A DNA stretch of 63,123 bases, filler included, from Reclinomonas americana ATCC 50394 (lineage: Eukaryota), in assembly GCA_048213135.1 (NCBI GenBank). It is 11 parts of 11 records of this genome, joined end to end, with 100 filler letters (N's around TTAATTAATTAA, not from the genome) between each part and the next. Parts side by side here need not be neighbours in the genome. Positions count along the whole stretch, not along the records: positions 16,481 to 31,649 come from AFZH01018910.1; positions 31,750 to 38,430 come from AFZH01018911.1; 9 more parts are not named here. One strand, 5' to 3'. Position 1 is the stretch's first letter. Each line of letters begins with the position of its first letter. The translations under genes were made by a program, and so were the position numbers. This document shows positions 23,492-37,000 of this stretch, in pieces. Under the pieces are notes generated by a model, which made no database searches, had not been told where the DNA came from, and saw only the letters and a program-made list of their open reading frames with translations.

Positions 23492-25273
23492 ATGTCATCA
23501 GCAGAGGAGGTTGATCGCCTTCCCTCTCTGCCTCTCACTCTGTCTCTCAGTCACTCACTGACTCGTCACAGAGCTGCTTCCGTCGCGATCTGTTCGCCGG
23601 CAAAGTCGTGGTGGTCTCTGGAGGAGGCACCGGCATCTGCTATGGCATCACCAAGCTCTTCATGGAGGTCTCTCTCTCCTTCTCTCTGCCTCTCTCTCCT
23701 TGCCACTCTCACTCACTGCACGACACCCCAGCACGGAGCCAACGCCTGCATCTTTTCGCGCAAGGTGACACACACACTCTCTCACACACGCGCGCGCAGT
23801 CTCTCTGAACTTGCACGTGTGCACACAGGTTGATGTGCTGCAGCGTGCAGCCAGTGAGCTCGAGGCTGCAGTGCCCGGTCGTCGCTGTGTTTATGTGCAG
23901 GCCGATGTGAGAGACTATGAGAGCGTGCAGAAGTTGAGTGCGTGTGTCACTTGCAAGTCTGTTCTTAGTGTGTGACCGAGAGTGAGTCGTCGACAGTGTG
24001 ATGCGCTTTGCTGTGGACCAGCTCGGCCGCATCGATGTGCTGATCAATGGAGCAGCGGGGAACTTCTTGTGTGCTGCAGAGAAGCTTTCGTCGAACGCGT
24101 TCAAGTTGCGTTGAGGACCAAGCAAAGCAACTGATGCATAGCATCTCACTGACGATCGCCAAAAAAAAACACATCATGTGCAGAACGGTGATGGAGATCG
24201 ACACGGTGCGTTACAGACAGTGCTCCTTTTGTTAGCAAAACAAACAAACGCGCGCGATTGAACGCTGCGGTCTGTGCAGTTGGGAACGTGGAATTGCTCC
24301 AAGGCCGCGTTCGAGACGTGGATGAAGGCGCGTCTTCCGATCGCTCTGTCGCTTTGTTGCAGCGTGGTCGTTTTATGCTGACAAGTGCGTAGGCGAATGG
24401 TGGTAATATCATCAACATCAGTGCGACGCTGCATTACACGGGCATGCCGGATCAGTTGCACGTGTCGAGCGCCAAGGCCGCGTGCGATGCGCTGGTGCGA
24501 TTGTTGTCGTGTGTTTTGAGAAAATCGCCGGCTTGTCGTTGAATGTTGCGCGCAGGTACGAGTTCTGGCCAACGAGTGGGGCGAGTTTGGTGTGCGGGTG
24601 AACGCGGTACGTGGCGTGGCGATCGTGCTTTGTGACGGTGGTCGAGCTGTCGTGTTTTACATTCCGTGCGGCTTGTAGATTGCACCGGGTCTCATTGCCG
24701 ACACGGAGGTATTGTACGCGCCGTCAGTCGGTACTTTGTCGTGCTGCCAAGGTGCTCATGTGCATGTGCACAGGGTGCCTCTCGCCTGCTGCCCGGCGTC
24801 CCCGAGTCGTTCATCCAGGCGCTGCCGATTGCTCGCTTCGGTGTGTTCTCGTTCCTGCATACACGAAATGATATCTCGTTACTCACTCCACCCTCGACAA
24901 TGCACAGGAACAAAGAAGGTCGATCTGCACGCCAGCATCAACTCGCTCTTCTTTCCGTCGTTCGCTCACTCCTTTCACAGGACATTGGCGATGCTGCGCT
25001 CTTCCTGGCCAGCCCCGCCGCCAGCTACCAAACCGGTACGATGCACACGCACTCCACCAGCACACACATACACACAGTCCACCTCTGCTCACACACACGC
25101 ACATGCAGGCACGCTGATGATTGTCGACGGCGGTCAGGTCTCCCAATTCACTGTCACCTTCGTAGTCTCGCCGCACAGCTCACTCCAGCTCTCATACACA
25201 GTGGATGCTTGGCAACGGACCCAAAGTGCTGCTCCGCCTGCTGACCAAGGGCAAGATCCAAGCCAAGCTGTGA
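23492..25273 (+). CDS. DECR2: Peroxisomal 2,4-dienoyl-CoA reductase (SDR family)
   Basis: [87 protein letters not shown]-terminal PTS1 -AKL*. Confidence 0.95.
24328..24392 (+). other. GC-AG intron in DECR2
   Basis: AAG|GCGCGT...CTGAC...CGTAG joins ETWMK to [10 protein letters not shown] in frame. Confidence 0.8.
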
Positions 25274-25337
25274 ACGTCGCACATGCCGCCAATGAACCCA
25301 CAGATGTCCTCTCGCCGTGATTCTTTCTCCTGTCAGT

Positions 25338-25632
25338 ATGAGCAGACGACCTCCGCGTGCGCTCGAGGTCGGCGGCCTCTCTCCGCCTCCTCACGACACA
25401 GGCGACGACGCAGGCGACGATGACGATGACGACGACGATGACGACGATGATGATGAGCAGTATGAGGGCGACGAAGGCGGAGGAGAAGAAGGCGACACCA
25501 CCTCCACAAAGAGACGCGTGCAGTTGCCACCTGCCACAAAACAACGGAAACGCGCAAGGTCGCGCGGCCACCATCGAGTCACCTCACCGGTCTGTGTGTG
25601 AGAGAGACACACACGCGCGCAGTTTGAGCTCA

Positions 25633-25666
<34 letters not shown>

Positions 25667-28326
25667 AGAGTGCGACTGCGTTGCCGTACTTTCGCGTGCT
25701 GGATGAGCAGAGGATCTTGTCGGCGCCTGCTGAGCCGACGCGCGTGGCCACTGCAGTCGACACTATAGTCTATGTGATGCGCGGAGGTACTGCTCACATT
25801 TTGTCAATCTCTCATTCTCTGTCTCATGCTCTCTTTCTGTGTGTGCAGGTGAAGTGCGTGTGTTTACTCCGTTTGACACCAACGTGCCTCTGTACTCGTT
25901 CCGCACCACGTGGCCGCGAATCATTTCAGTGCATTGTCTGGAACGCGCGCGAGGGTGAGCGTGTCTCTCTCTCTGTGCCTCTCTCTGTCTGTCGCTGAGA
26001 GCTGCGTTGTTAGTGTGATTATGCTAGAGGAGAATGCGGAGCGCACGGAGCGCGTTGTTCGTGTGTATCATTTCGACCGGAGAGCGACTGAGCGTGCGTT
26101 GCTCTTGTGTCTTTATGCAAGTGACATTGTGCCAGTACCGCCACTCACATGCAGTTGCAGAGATGTTGCAGCCGTGGTGGTCGGAGGCTGTTAGTCGTGT
26201 GGAGCCGCTGCCGGTGCCTGATGGCAGAAAGGTGCGGTGCATGCGGTTTTGTTGTTGGCGCTAGGCGTCGACATTGACTGCTCTTCGTGTGTGCAGAGTC
26301 CGCGATCGGACCTGTCGCTTCGCGTGGACACGTTGCGCGTGCCAATGAGCCCGCGGTGTGTCGGTCTCGATGCATCCTCGGGCATTCTCGTGGTCGGCTA
26401 CAAGTCTGGAGTCCGCATGTTTATTGGTGAGTGCGCTCCGCGGCAGCTCGTGATTGTTTTCGTCGCTCACCACCGCGCAGTGGATCCTGTGGCGTGGTAC
26501 TTGCACATTGAGCGAGTGCTTCGTTTCCAGCTGCCGGAGGAGTCGCTGTCGGCCAGTGAGCGTGAAGCATTCGACCGCAACATGGGTGAGTGGGCGTGAT
26601 GTATCTGTCTGTCGTTCGCAGTTAGTAGCCGCTGAACAACCGATGCGTATTTCTGCGCAGCGCTGGCACAACGATTCCGTGATCGCGTGGGACGCAGTCC
26701 ACTCCAGGTGCTGGACATTTACACGTGCGATCTGCGCGTGTCGTTCGTCTCTGTTGTGGGCGCCTATGTGGGTGAGTCGGAGAACCTGCATGGAATTGTC
26801 TGTTTGTCATTTTCTTAGTCGCCGCTCCCACAGCATACGGCTCGCATCATGAAGTTCGCGTGTTGCACGTCGATTTGCGACTCAGCGGTGGATGCACGTT
26901 TAGTTTGCTCAGCGGCCAGTACTGTCCATCGGTGGCATCGGCTCGCAGCAATCCGACGAGTCACGAGCGGCGACGCAGTGCTCCGACGTATGTGGGACAA
27001 GAGCCCAGCACGCCCACGGTCTCCGACATGTGTGTGACGCTGGCGTTTGACCGCAATCGTCAGCTGACCATTGATTCGAGCTCGGGCATGCTTGGACGAC
27101 TGGAAAAGTTGAGTTGCCACGCCATCACGCGCTCCATCCCGTGTTTCCACTCACCCCGCTCTGCAGACGAACGCGATCGACGCGACCACGCGAGTTTGAG
27201 ATTTGCGGACCGCGCGTCGAGGCCGGTCACCAGCTCTCCTCGCTGGCCTCGGGAGTGGGGTTCGGTTTTTGCCCTTTGTCTCCTGTCACTGTTTTTGTCC
27301 ACTCACGTGAACTCGCAGTATCGTGGTCGTGCACATGGTCGTGCATCGGAAAATCCGTCGACCGGCCTCGATTCACACGCTCAAGTTGTTTGAGAGCGGA
27401 CTGCGATCGTCGGCCACGTCGGCCAGCACCAACCCCATGTCCCCGTCGGCGACGAATGCCAATGCCACGTCGGCGAGGTACTCGGCGGCAGGCGCCACCT
27501 CACCACGAGGCTTCAGCGGGAGTCAAGTGACACTGCCACACAACCCGCATCTGTTTCCCAAGTGCCTGTTTGCGACGGCGGAGAAGGGCTACTTGTACGA
27601 CCTGCTGTCGCCGGATCCCTGCGTCGAGTACACATTCTCCAGCAAGTCGGTGCACGTCGACGCCAACTCGCTGTTTCTCTTCTCGTGCAGTGCCGTCGGT
27701 GAGTTGTCGGAGCAGGGTTGTTTCCAGTCGTGTCTTCCACTGACACTTGTCGCGTGCAGGCATGGAAGTGTGGTCGCTGCGCAGCAGCCAGTGGCTCGTC
27801 TCCATTCGACCATTCATTGGCATCTCGGAGCTGGCGGTTACCGACGATCATGCCGTGGTCTTGTGCAAGTTGAGCCTGCTTTTTCCTTCGTGCCACCCTT
27901 GTTTTGCTGGTGTGCACGTGCTGACAGGTTGGTGGCAGATTTGGCGACGACGAGCGAGTGCATGTGGCCGCGGTGTTTGGCAAGCCGAGTTCGCCCACCG
28001 AAAAAGATGGTGTGATGGAGGCTGTGCGTGGTCGCGCGTCGGCCGTCGAAGGCAGTGGCAACTGGGGTGCGTGCTGACGTCGCGTCGATCGGGAGTCTCT
28101 GCCACTCTAAATTCGACTTTTCCCCTGCCAGATCTCATTTGCTCCGACATTTCCGGTGTGAGTTCGCTTGGTCGTGGTCACGTATCGTCCATTACGTTTG
28201 GGTCGCAGAGCGGTTGGTGGAGAGTGCACTTGCATCGATGCGTATGTGTACGCCGTTCCAACCCACGCATGTGCATGTGTGTTCACGCAGGCACTCCACG
28301 AGATCCGGCACGGCAGGTGGGTTCCT

Positions 28327-28408
<82 letters not shown>

Positions 28409-31400
28409 TCTTCTTCTGGCGGTAACTGACCCTACCCTTGTATCTTTTCCGTGCAGGCGACACCACGCGCCCCTCCACCCAATGGTGGCAAGCGCGATGT
28501 GGACCAGAGTGTCGACATGTACGTCACATGTTGCTTGCTTATGGTGCGGATGATGGACTCATGCACAGCGGTGGATGCAGAAGCGCTGATGTGGGAGCTG
28601 TGGATGAGGACGATGATGATCACGAGGAGGCCAACTGGAACTTTTACTTGATTCGCTTGGCGCCAGTCGAGCGCATGTTTGAGGAGATGTTGGAGAGTGC
28701 AGAGATGCATGCCGAGGTTTGACTCTTGCTCTGCTGCTGCGCCTGGCGCTGGCATGCACGCCCTGATGATCATCTGCTGTCGCGCGCCCTTGCAGAGTGG
28801 AGACACTGTCTACTTCAAGCTGCTGTTTGAGGCGCACTTTTTGGTCAAGGGCCGGCTGAACACCGTCCTTGGTCGCAAGTCGGAGAGTTGCGTTCTCATT
28901 TTGGTTTTCCGGCCTCCTCCAAGCACTCAAATCGCGTGAGCAGATCAACAAGAGACCGTGGTGTCTCGGCTGCAAGAACAGGACCTGTTGGCTTTGTTCC
29001 GCCGCAGCTCTGGCCTGATTGCTGAGGTCTGTTGTTGCTCAGCGCAAAGTGTGTGTCACTCGTTGAGCGCCGCAACTCACGTGTGCATGGCTGCCAGTAT
29101 TATCTGCGCTCCGGCAACTACTCGGAGAGCGCCATTTTCTTCTCGTGCTCCAACCGCAAACTCGGCTACGTCATCGATCGCCTGGCCGGGCGCACCGAGG
29201 CTCTACTCGGCTACCTGGAGATGGTGGTGTTCGACAAGGAAGTTGAGAGCCACGCGTGGAGAATTCCGTGAGCTGTAGGTGTGCTCATGCTTGTCGCAGA
29301 ACACGTCGGTGCTGGACGACGCCGATGCCACTCTGTGCTACCGCGTGTGCGAGCTGTACGCCACGCACCTTCCACACCGAATGTCGACACTGTATTTGGA
29401 GAGTCAGCTGCCGCATTTGTCGACTGATCTCGGTGTTCGCGTACTGGAACGGCTGTGCGCGGTGCGTTGTAGCTGCGTGCTCGTTTCGGAATCCGACTTT
29501 CTCACCGTCTCTGTTCGTGTGCGCAGCGAGGACAAGCCACGGCTCGTGCGGCCGATCCGTTTTCGGGGTTCGATGACGACGTGCACGCGCCGCACTCGTT
29601 TCCCAACTGGGGCTCCGTGGTGCCTCTCGACGCTTTTGCATTGTGCTTGATGTACCTGGAAATCGACAATGCCGCAGCAGCCACCTCGTGCCTCACTGAT
29701 TTGGACCAGCACTTGCTGATGCAGTTCGGCTGCACGTATCGGAGCATCTGGGAGCCGGATATCGGTGCGCACTCTCTCTTTCCGTGTTCTTCCCACCCCG
29801 TGGTTGTGCTGACACTGCGCAACCCGAAGCACTCTCCAAATGCCTGTTCAACCTGCCGAGTGATGCCCGACTCTTCAGCAATGTGGTGGTGCAGAGCGAT
29901 GCGCGGTTGCCACGCATGCTTCTCGAAGAGGTTCTTAATCAGCCACCGTGTGTGTGTCATCCTCGTCATGTATCTCACGCGCCTCTTCCAGAACGTCGGC
30001 GTAATCACCTTGGGTCAGCTGTTGGCCGAGTGCGCCCCGTGGGTACTGTGCTCCTTGTGCTGCAAGTTGTATCCTCGGATTCCACTCTCGGTGGGACTCT
30101 TCCTGATGAGTCTGACCAGCACACCGGAAAATCCAAGGTCTCGTCACTTGGCGCGTGTGGCCGGACTGTGACTTGCCTCACTCTCGTCTTTTTTGCTTAC
30201 AGGAGCCCGCTGGAGGTGTATCTGCTGGCCGCGGTGGGAGGCGGCTGGGAGGATGTGGAGGCCGGTCTGACGTCGACCGACGTGTGTACGTTGTTTGCGC
30301 GCCTGTTGGTGGTGCTGCTCGCATCGCAGCAGAGCCGACCCACAGACACTCCGCGATCTGTTGCGTGTGTGCGTGTCTGCTTTCGCGTGTGCGCTCCACG
30401 TACCACGCTGACCAACATGTCACACAGTCGTCGTCGCAGGTGCTGGACGATTCCTCGAGCGATGCGCTGACGATGAGCTACGTGTTGGAGAGTCTGTTGC
30501 TGCCCACCAGCTTGGCCGCGTCGGATGCCGTCGAGGTCTGTGCCTGTATTCTTCACAATGCTGACTCGTTGATGTGCTATCTCTTGCTGACAAAGTGTGT
30601 ATGTCGGCAGACGAGTCGACGTGTCGCAACTGCTGCCGCCCCAGCCGGTCCTTCATCTGCCGCCACTTCACCGAACGAGGACTTGGAAGAGGGATGGGAG
30701 TCGAGGGTGGCGAGTGAGAGCGTCCTCAACCTTTTGCGGCCCACAGCGGAGCGATATCAGTGGCTCGACATGCTGGCGTCGCCGACGGGCACCAAGGACA
30801 CACCCTCGCAGACGCTGTGCGAACTGCAGAATTTCCTCATTCGCTGCTCGTTGCCACGCGGCTCTCAAGCAGGCTCCCGCCGATACCGAGTGCATGCGGC
30901 CGACATTCTGCGCGACCTGGATGCCGTCGCCCCGTTTGCGGGTGCCACCTCCATTCGCGTGCTGTGCCTGGCCATGGACGGTGCCATGGATGCCATTTTC
31001 AGTCTGCTGCTCGAGTCCGATCACTGCGAACTGGTCTTCGACATTGCCTGCACGTTCTTTGGCAAGGTTTGTGTGTCGAGCACACATGCTGCTCACCGCT
31101 CCCTCTCTGTAGCTCACCGATGGTTGTAGGAGGCACACGAGTCGTGGAAGGATCTCCTGACGAGATTACGGCGACTGAGTCTCGACCAGCAGTTGCAGGC
31201 CACGGTGCGTCGCGCTCTCTCCTCCTTTCCCTCCCCCTCCTCATTCCCTCACTCTCACCCACGAGCAGGCACGAGACCGATGTGGCAAGACGTACATTCG
31301 TTGCCTGGAGCACCTGTGTCGCAGTGTGGCACCGTCGGCATTCGTGCAGATGCTCCCGGAGGATGGCGACATGCAGTTCTTCTTGCCGTACATTGAGACG

Positions 31401-31649
31401 TGCTTTATGGCGCGCAAGGAGATCTCCATGTGGCGCTCCATTGCCAGCGAGGTGCAAGGTACGCGAGAAAGAGCGCTCTGCACTCTTGTAGAGTTTGGTG
31501 CGGCGCTAATATTTGAAATGGGACGAGCAGGCAGTGATCCACTGGCCGATAATGGCGCGCGCTCGGGACACCATCATCACCGTGCGCTGCACCAACAACA
31601 ACTACAAGGCAACATCAGCGGTCTGCCGTCTCGGGTCGGCGGAGGCACG
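25338..31649 (+). CDS. HPS3: BLOC-2 subunit HPS3-like; 3' end runs into the gap
   Basis: Beta-rich N-terminal exons, then helical exons. The C-terminal YIRCLEHL..FVQMLPEDGDMQFFLPYI matches the remembered HPS3 C-terminal LPEDG..FFLPY motif. Confidence 0.78.
28332..28406. repeat. Intronic (GT)n microsatellite; similar tracts at ~25636-25665 and ~59067-59132
   Basis: Read directly. Confidence 0.95.
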
Positions 31650-31749
31650 NNNNNNNNNNNNNNNNNNNNNNNNNNNNNNNNNNNNNNNNNNNNTTAATTA
31701 ATTAANNNNNNNNNNNNNNNNNNNNNNNNNNNNNNNNNNNNNNNNNNNN

Positions 31750-32234
31750 GGAGCAGCAGCAGCAGAAGGCGCAGGATCCACACGCAGCGGCTTGAGGCCG
31801 AGCTTGGCGCGCATCTTGTTGGTCTCCTCAATCGACAATGAAATCTCACCCGCGCTGTTGCTCTCCATTGCCGGCGCCTCTACGCTCTCTGCCGGCGCTG
31901 CGTGCATCTCAACATCATCGTCCTCTGCGCGTGCGCGTGAGTGTGACGAGATAGAGAGAGTGTGTGACTCACACGCGCACTTACGTTTCCGCGATGCACC
32001 GCGACCGCGACGTGTGGATGCTGCTGCTGGTGGTGGTGGTGGTGGAGGCTCACTGCCTGCTGCTGCTGAGCGACGACTTGATCGTCGTCTGTGTGTTGTG
32101 TGTCAAAGTGTGAGTGGACATGTCACGCACGACAACAACGCAAACAACGCGGAAACGAGAGACGCAGACAACAAGCAAGCTAGAGACACACACAGAGTGG
32201 AGAGTGGCACCACAGACCTTCCCTCGTCGGCCAT
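31750..32234 (-). CDS. SART1: SART1/Snu66 tri-snRNP protein, N-terminal part truncated by the gap
   Basis: HIND motif ISLSIEETNKMRAKLGLKPL; probable start MADEG at 32234. Confidence 0.88.
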
Positions 32235-32365
32235 CACCAAAGTCGGGTCACCGTTGCCCGCAGCACAATTGCAATCTGGTAACCCTCGTCGGAAATCACT
32301 CTTTGTGCGAGAGAAAGCGCGCCAACTGATCGTCGAGTGTGTTGGAGTGCACGAGAGAGAGAAAG

Positions 32366-32916
32366 ATGGGGTTTCATACACGATGGAAGGCGGTGTTTGT
32401 GTCGATTGCGTGTGTGCTGATATTATGGACGGGCTTTGTGTTTTACACATTGATGCGCTCGCTGGTGCCGGCGTCCTCGTTTACTCAGGTGAGGATGCTC
32501 TCTCTCACACACACACACACTCTCTTCTTGTCACACACACACATGCGAGCAAAAGAGAGGGCTCGATTATTGTCTGCGAGAGCCCTATGAAACGCCTCTC
32601 TTGCTCACACTCGTTCACACACAGTTCAATCGCGACTTCTTCGGTTCAGTGCACTGGGTGGTCGGCTCTGTGTTCCTTGTGGGCGCCACTCTGCTGATCA
32701 CACTGGTGGTCGACGCACCACGATTGGAGTTACGTCACTCATGATGATCCGATATCTTGCCCACTCGCACTCACACTCACTCTCTTTCACACACACACGC
32801 ACAGGCCGTTCATTCAACCAGCGCGCATCGATCACCGCACGCATCATAGCATGCCGGCGTTTATGGAGACAGCGCCACCGGGAACTCGCATTCCGAATAC
32901 GCCCATTGCCGTGTGA
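32366..32916 (+). CDS. Small two-TM membrane protein with weak resemblance to PIG-P
   Basis: Three exons: MGFHTRWKAVFVSIACVLILWTGFVFYTLMRSLVPASSFTQ|FNRDFFGSVHWVVGSVFLVGATLLITLVVDAPRLE|PFIQPARID..IPNTPIAV*. Confidence 0.6.
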
Positions 32917-32944
32917 GATCGGAAGTTTGTGCTCTTCTTTAGAG

Positions 32945-33390
32945 GGTTGTTGTTGTTGTTGTTGTACAGCGTTGAATGGGGTTTTACTACTTAGCTTTTT
33001 TTGTTTACTGTGTCCATCCGCGATCGTCTCTTCTTGTTGCGCTGCGAAGAGCAAATGAGGGAAGATGACAAGTTTTCTTTCTTGGTTGTTGATGGTGGAC
33101 AGCGTTGTTGAAGAGATCGTGAATGTTTTTTACTGCTCTTTCTTATTACTGTGTGTCCGTCCGCAATCGTCTCTTCTTGTTGCGCTGCGAAGAGTGGAGC
33201 AAATGAGAGATGACAAGTTTTTCTTTTTTGGTTGTTGATGGTGGACAGCGTTGTTGAAGAGGTCGTGAAGGTTTTTTTTACTGCTCTTTCTTATTACTGT
33301 GTGTCCGTCCGCAACCGTCTCTTCTTGTTGCGCTGCGAAGAGTGGAGCAAATGAGAGATGACATTTTCTTTTTTTGGTTGTTGATGGTGG
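32945..33390. repeat. Intergenic tandem repeat, about 3 copies of a 143-148 bp unit, each containing a CTCTTC...GAAGAG hairpin
   Basis: The block CGTCTCTTCTTGTTGCGCTGCGAAGAG starts at 33025, 33168 and 33316; copies 2 and 3 are nearly identical. Confidence 0.92.
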
Positions 33391-34013
33391 GCGTCGACTG
33401 ATCATGAGGCGTTGTTTGTGTAAAGAACTGAGAGTATGGATGTGGTCGCCAAGCGAGTGTAGAGAGGCAGTTACCGATAGGCACAGCTAGAAAGAGAAAG
33501 GGTGCCAGGCAAGGTGTCGACGTCGACGTTGATCATTGTCAGACATTGTCCAGTTGTCGCTGTGCATGCAGCTGTGAATGCCTGCATTTATTCTTGGCCT
33601 TAGAGTGCATGTGTTGTAGCTGTTGCTTGCAGCGGAGTCAGCAAAAGTTGCAGCATCGATCTTGAGGTCGACGTCGACGTCAGCATTGATTTCAAGTCGA
33701 CGTCTAACTCTTCTGCCTGCAGTCACCGCCTTCGTCGTCACACAGTGACATCTACTCACTATTCAACAGCAACAAAAACAGTGGAGACTGTTGACTGCGA
33801 GGTGTATTGCCATGCAGTTGTCATCAACCGGACACGGCGGCTCTCGCATTCATCGCCTTTTTCTCGCTCAAGCATCCACACTCTCCCTCTTTGCGCAAGA
33901 GAGACGCAGACTGACACAAAGAGAGAACACACACTCACGCACGCACACGCACACACAGGCTGCGTGCATCTTGCGTTTTTCCGACAGTGTCCGGAGTGTT
34001 CTGCGTGAGAAGA

Positions 34014-37000
34014 ATGGTGTCGCGACGAGTGACTCTCGTTGTGGTATGCCTCCTGCTGGTGATGTCCACACGAGTGTATGCTGCACTGTTGTGTCCACTG
34101 GCCAAGGTCGACATCCTGGTGTTATTCGATGGTGAGTCAGACAGTCAACAGAGAGAGAGAGAGAGAGAGAGTGAGAGAGAGAGAGAGAGCAAAGAGTAGA
34201 GTGTGCAGTGAGTGAGTGATTGTGTTCTCACTCCCCCCTCGCCGTGTTCACACAGGATCGGAGAACTTGTCTGGTGTGCCCGACGTGGTGCCCAACTGGA
34301 TCTACAACTTTGCCAGCTCGTTGGACTTTACGCAGCAGCACCTGTCCATTCGACAATGTTACTACTGCCCTGCGCACAGTGAACTGGTGTGCCTTTGCTG
34401 TTGTTCACACTCACTCGCTTCTGATGTACAGGGTCCGCACCGAGCGACGATGTTTCGTATCCCACTGGCAGCTACGATCCCAACTGGGTGCTGCAGCCGT
34501 TCAGTGCGGCTGTCGATACGCGCTCGACGACGGGCTTCTCGCTGCGACCAAACACGGCCAGCTTCCCCACCGACAATCCCGCCACGTTCCTCGCCAATGT
34601 GGTGAAGCCGGCGCTGGATACCGCTGTCACCGACCGCATTGGCAGTGCCAACACGGCGGCGTACTTGGCGCTCGAGTGGGCCAAGGTGTGTCTCTCTTTT
34701 TTCTTTTCCTTTTTGCCACTCCTCTTCTCACGCTGTATGTGCGCGGGCAGAACTTTTTCGACACGGATCCTTCGGTGCGCCCCAGTGCCAGCAAGTTCCT
34801 CATCTTTGTCTCCAGCAACTTTAACCGCTGCGAGGCGTTCTTTGCCGATGTGCGCAACGTGTGCGACGACCCCAGCGGCTTCTCGTACATTGTCAACACA
34901 AACCCGACCGACTGTTTCGTGTATACGAATTCTTGCTTTGCAATTTCGATTCCTCAACATGCTCCTTGCGCACACACACACGCAGTCCCCGAGTACGTCA
35001 CCTTGAAGGACCGCGCTGTCGCCGCCGCCACCGCTCTCAAGAACAGCAACATTTTCGTGGCCACGGTCGGCATCGAGTCGCAAGTGGATGCGTTTGCGCT
35101 GAACACGTTTGTGAACCAAGAGATGATTCCGTACGCTTCCCCCGACCCCATCACGGGTGTGCCGCTGTACGTGTCGGTGCCGCCGGTGGATCCCTCGCAA
35201 CTGGCCTCCACTCTGGCATCGCAACTCGACAGCAGTTGCGTGTATGTGGGGTCGTCGTAGGCCGGCTTGTCGTGTCTCACTGCTCATGCCTTTTTTTGTT
35301 TCCCGCCGACAGTGCTCAACAGCGTGTGCACATCGTCGACGCCGACTCGTTGCGTTTCTTGTCTGTTATTCGTGCACTTATAGATGGCTTGCTGAAACCG
35401 TGATGTCACAGTCGCGTACACCACCCCGGTGCCGACCCCTGTGTGGAACTATTTCCCGTTCACGTCGTCGGTGCGTAAATCACTTGCGGGTCAGCCTTTT
35501 GCAACACGAGAATCTCACTGTATGTGTATCGCGTGATATTTGAGCACAGTTCACTGTCGGCAACAAGCCCGGCTCCATTCAGCTGGTGGCCGTCACACCG
35601 GCATGCAATGCCATGTGCTCTCCGGCCATCACGTTCAACCCCTCTTCCACCTTCCAGCTGCGTCTCTCTCTCTCTCTGTCGAGAAGTCACCGATCGCTGC
35701 ATTGCAATCCTAACTCTGGTCATGCGTACAGGCCGTCGGTGACCCCCGTCACCGTATCGACACTGACGTCCAGCACGTCGGCCGTGTCCGGCACAAACTA
35801 CACACTGCGCCTGCAAGACACAGTGTCTTTCCGATATCTCGACTCGAGCAGCAACTTCCAGTACTTGAGTTGCGTGTCAACTGGAGAGTGTGCCTTTCTT
35901 CGCGCCGCACCTAACGTGGGAGGGATCGCACGCAGATCCCGCCATCACCAGCGTCACCCTCACGACTACACCGTGGGTCGTTAGCCTCGGCAACACCGTC
36001 ACCTACACGTGCAGTGCACCTGACAACAGCAGCGGATACATTGGCGCCGACATTTACCTGAAGCAGGGCAGTAACAGCACACTGTTGGGATCAGTCACGC
36101 CGACATGCTCGCCGGCCGGCACCGTCAACACGGTCAACTACACGCTGGCACTCAGCTATCCGTATTCTGGAGCTGGTGAGCTGCGACGATCGCACTCATC
36201 GCCGAGTTTGTGAGACCAACGCTTGTGCTGCGCAAACTGCAGGGCACACGGTGGAGGTGCGCCTCAAGTCAAACGACATCACACAGGTCTCCAGCAGCAT
36301 CTCCAATGTGTTTGGCACTACGGCATCTTTCACCGTTAATGGTGAGTTTTTTTGCGTTCCTTGCGCTTGCTGCTTTCTCGCTTACATTCTCATCCTCTGC
36401 ATTTGTTTTCCTCTGTCGCAGCATTGATTACATGTGCGTGCACGCACTCCGTGATACCAGTTGCGCCTCCCGTTTTGTTGCTCACTAGTGTGCACACATC
36501 GCAGTGCCGGCGCCAATGAACCTTGACAGCGCCTCGGTCACGTTTGTGTCGCACGTACCACCGGCATACTTTAGTCGACATGTGGGCTCCACGGCATTCT
36601 ACGACCAGCCGACGATGGAATTCAACGTGCTGGCACCGATCGGTCTCAACGTATCGCTGCTGACGCGATTGGACATTGAGCTGAGCTGTGCCGACAGCAC
36701 CGCTCTCACTGCTGTGTGCGTTTTGATGGATGCTCGAAGCACATAATAGTTCTCCCCAAGGCTGATTTTTTCTCGGTGCATGCAGCTCCGTGTACATCAA
36801 TCAGCAGACTGGCATTAGTGCGCCGCCGAACGGCACTCCGATTCCAGTCAAGATTCCCGCGCAGTGTTGCGTCCCCTCACGTCAACGGTACTCGCTCAGA
36901 AAGCGGACTCGCTCACCGATGTACTGTGCACAGACCTGTACGCCTACCGCATTCGTGTGCGCTCTGCCATTGGTGCTTCAGTCAGCGCGTACGGTTCCTA

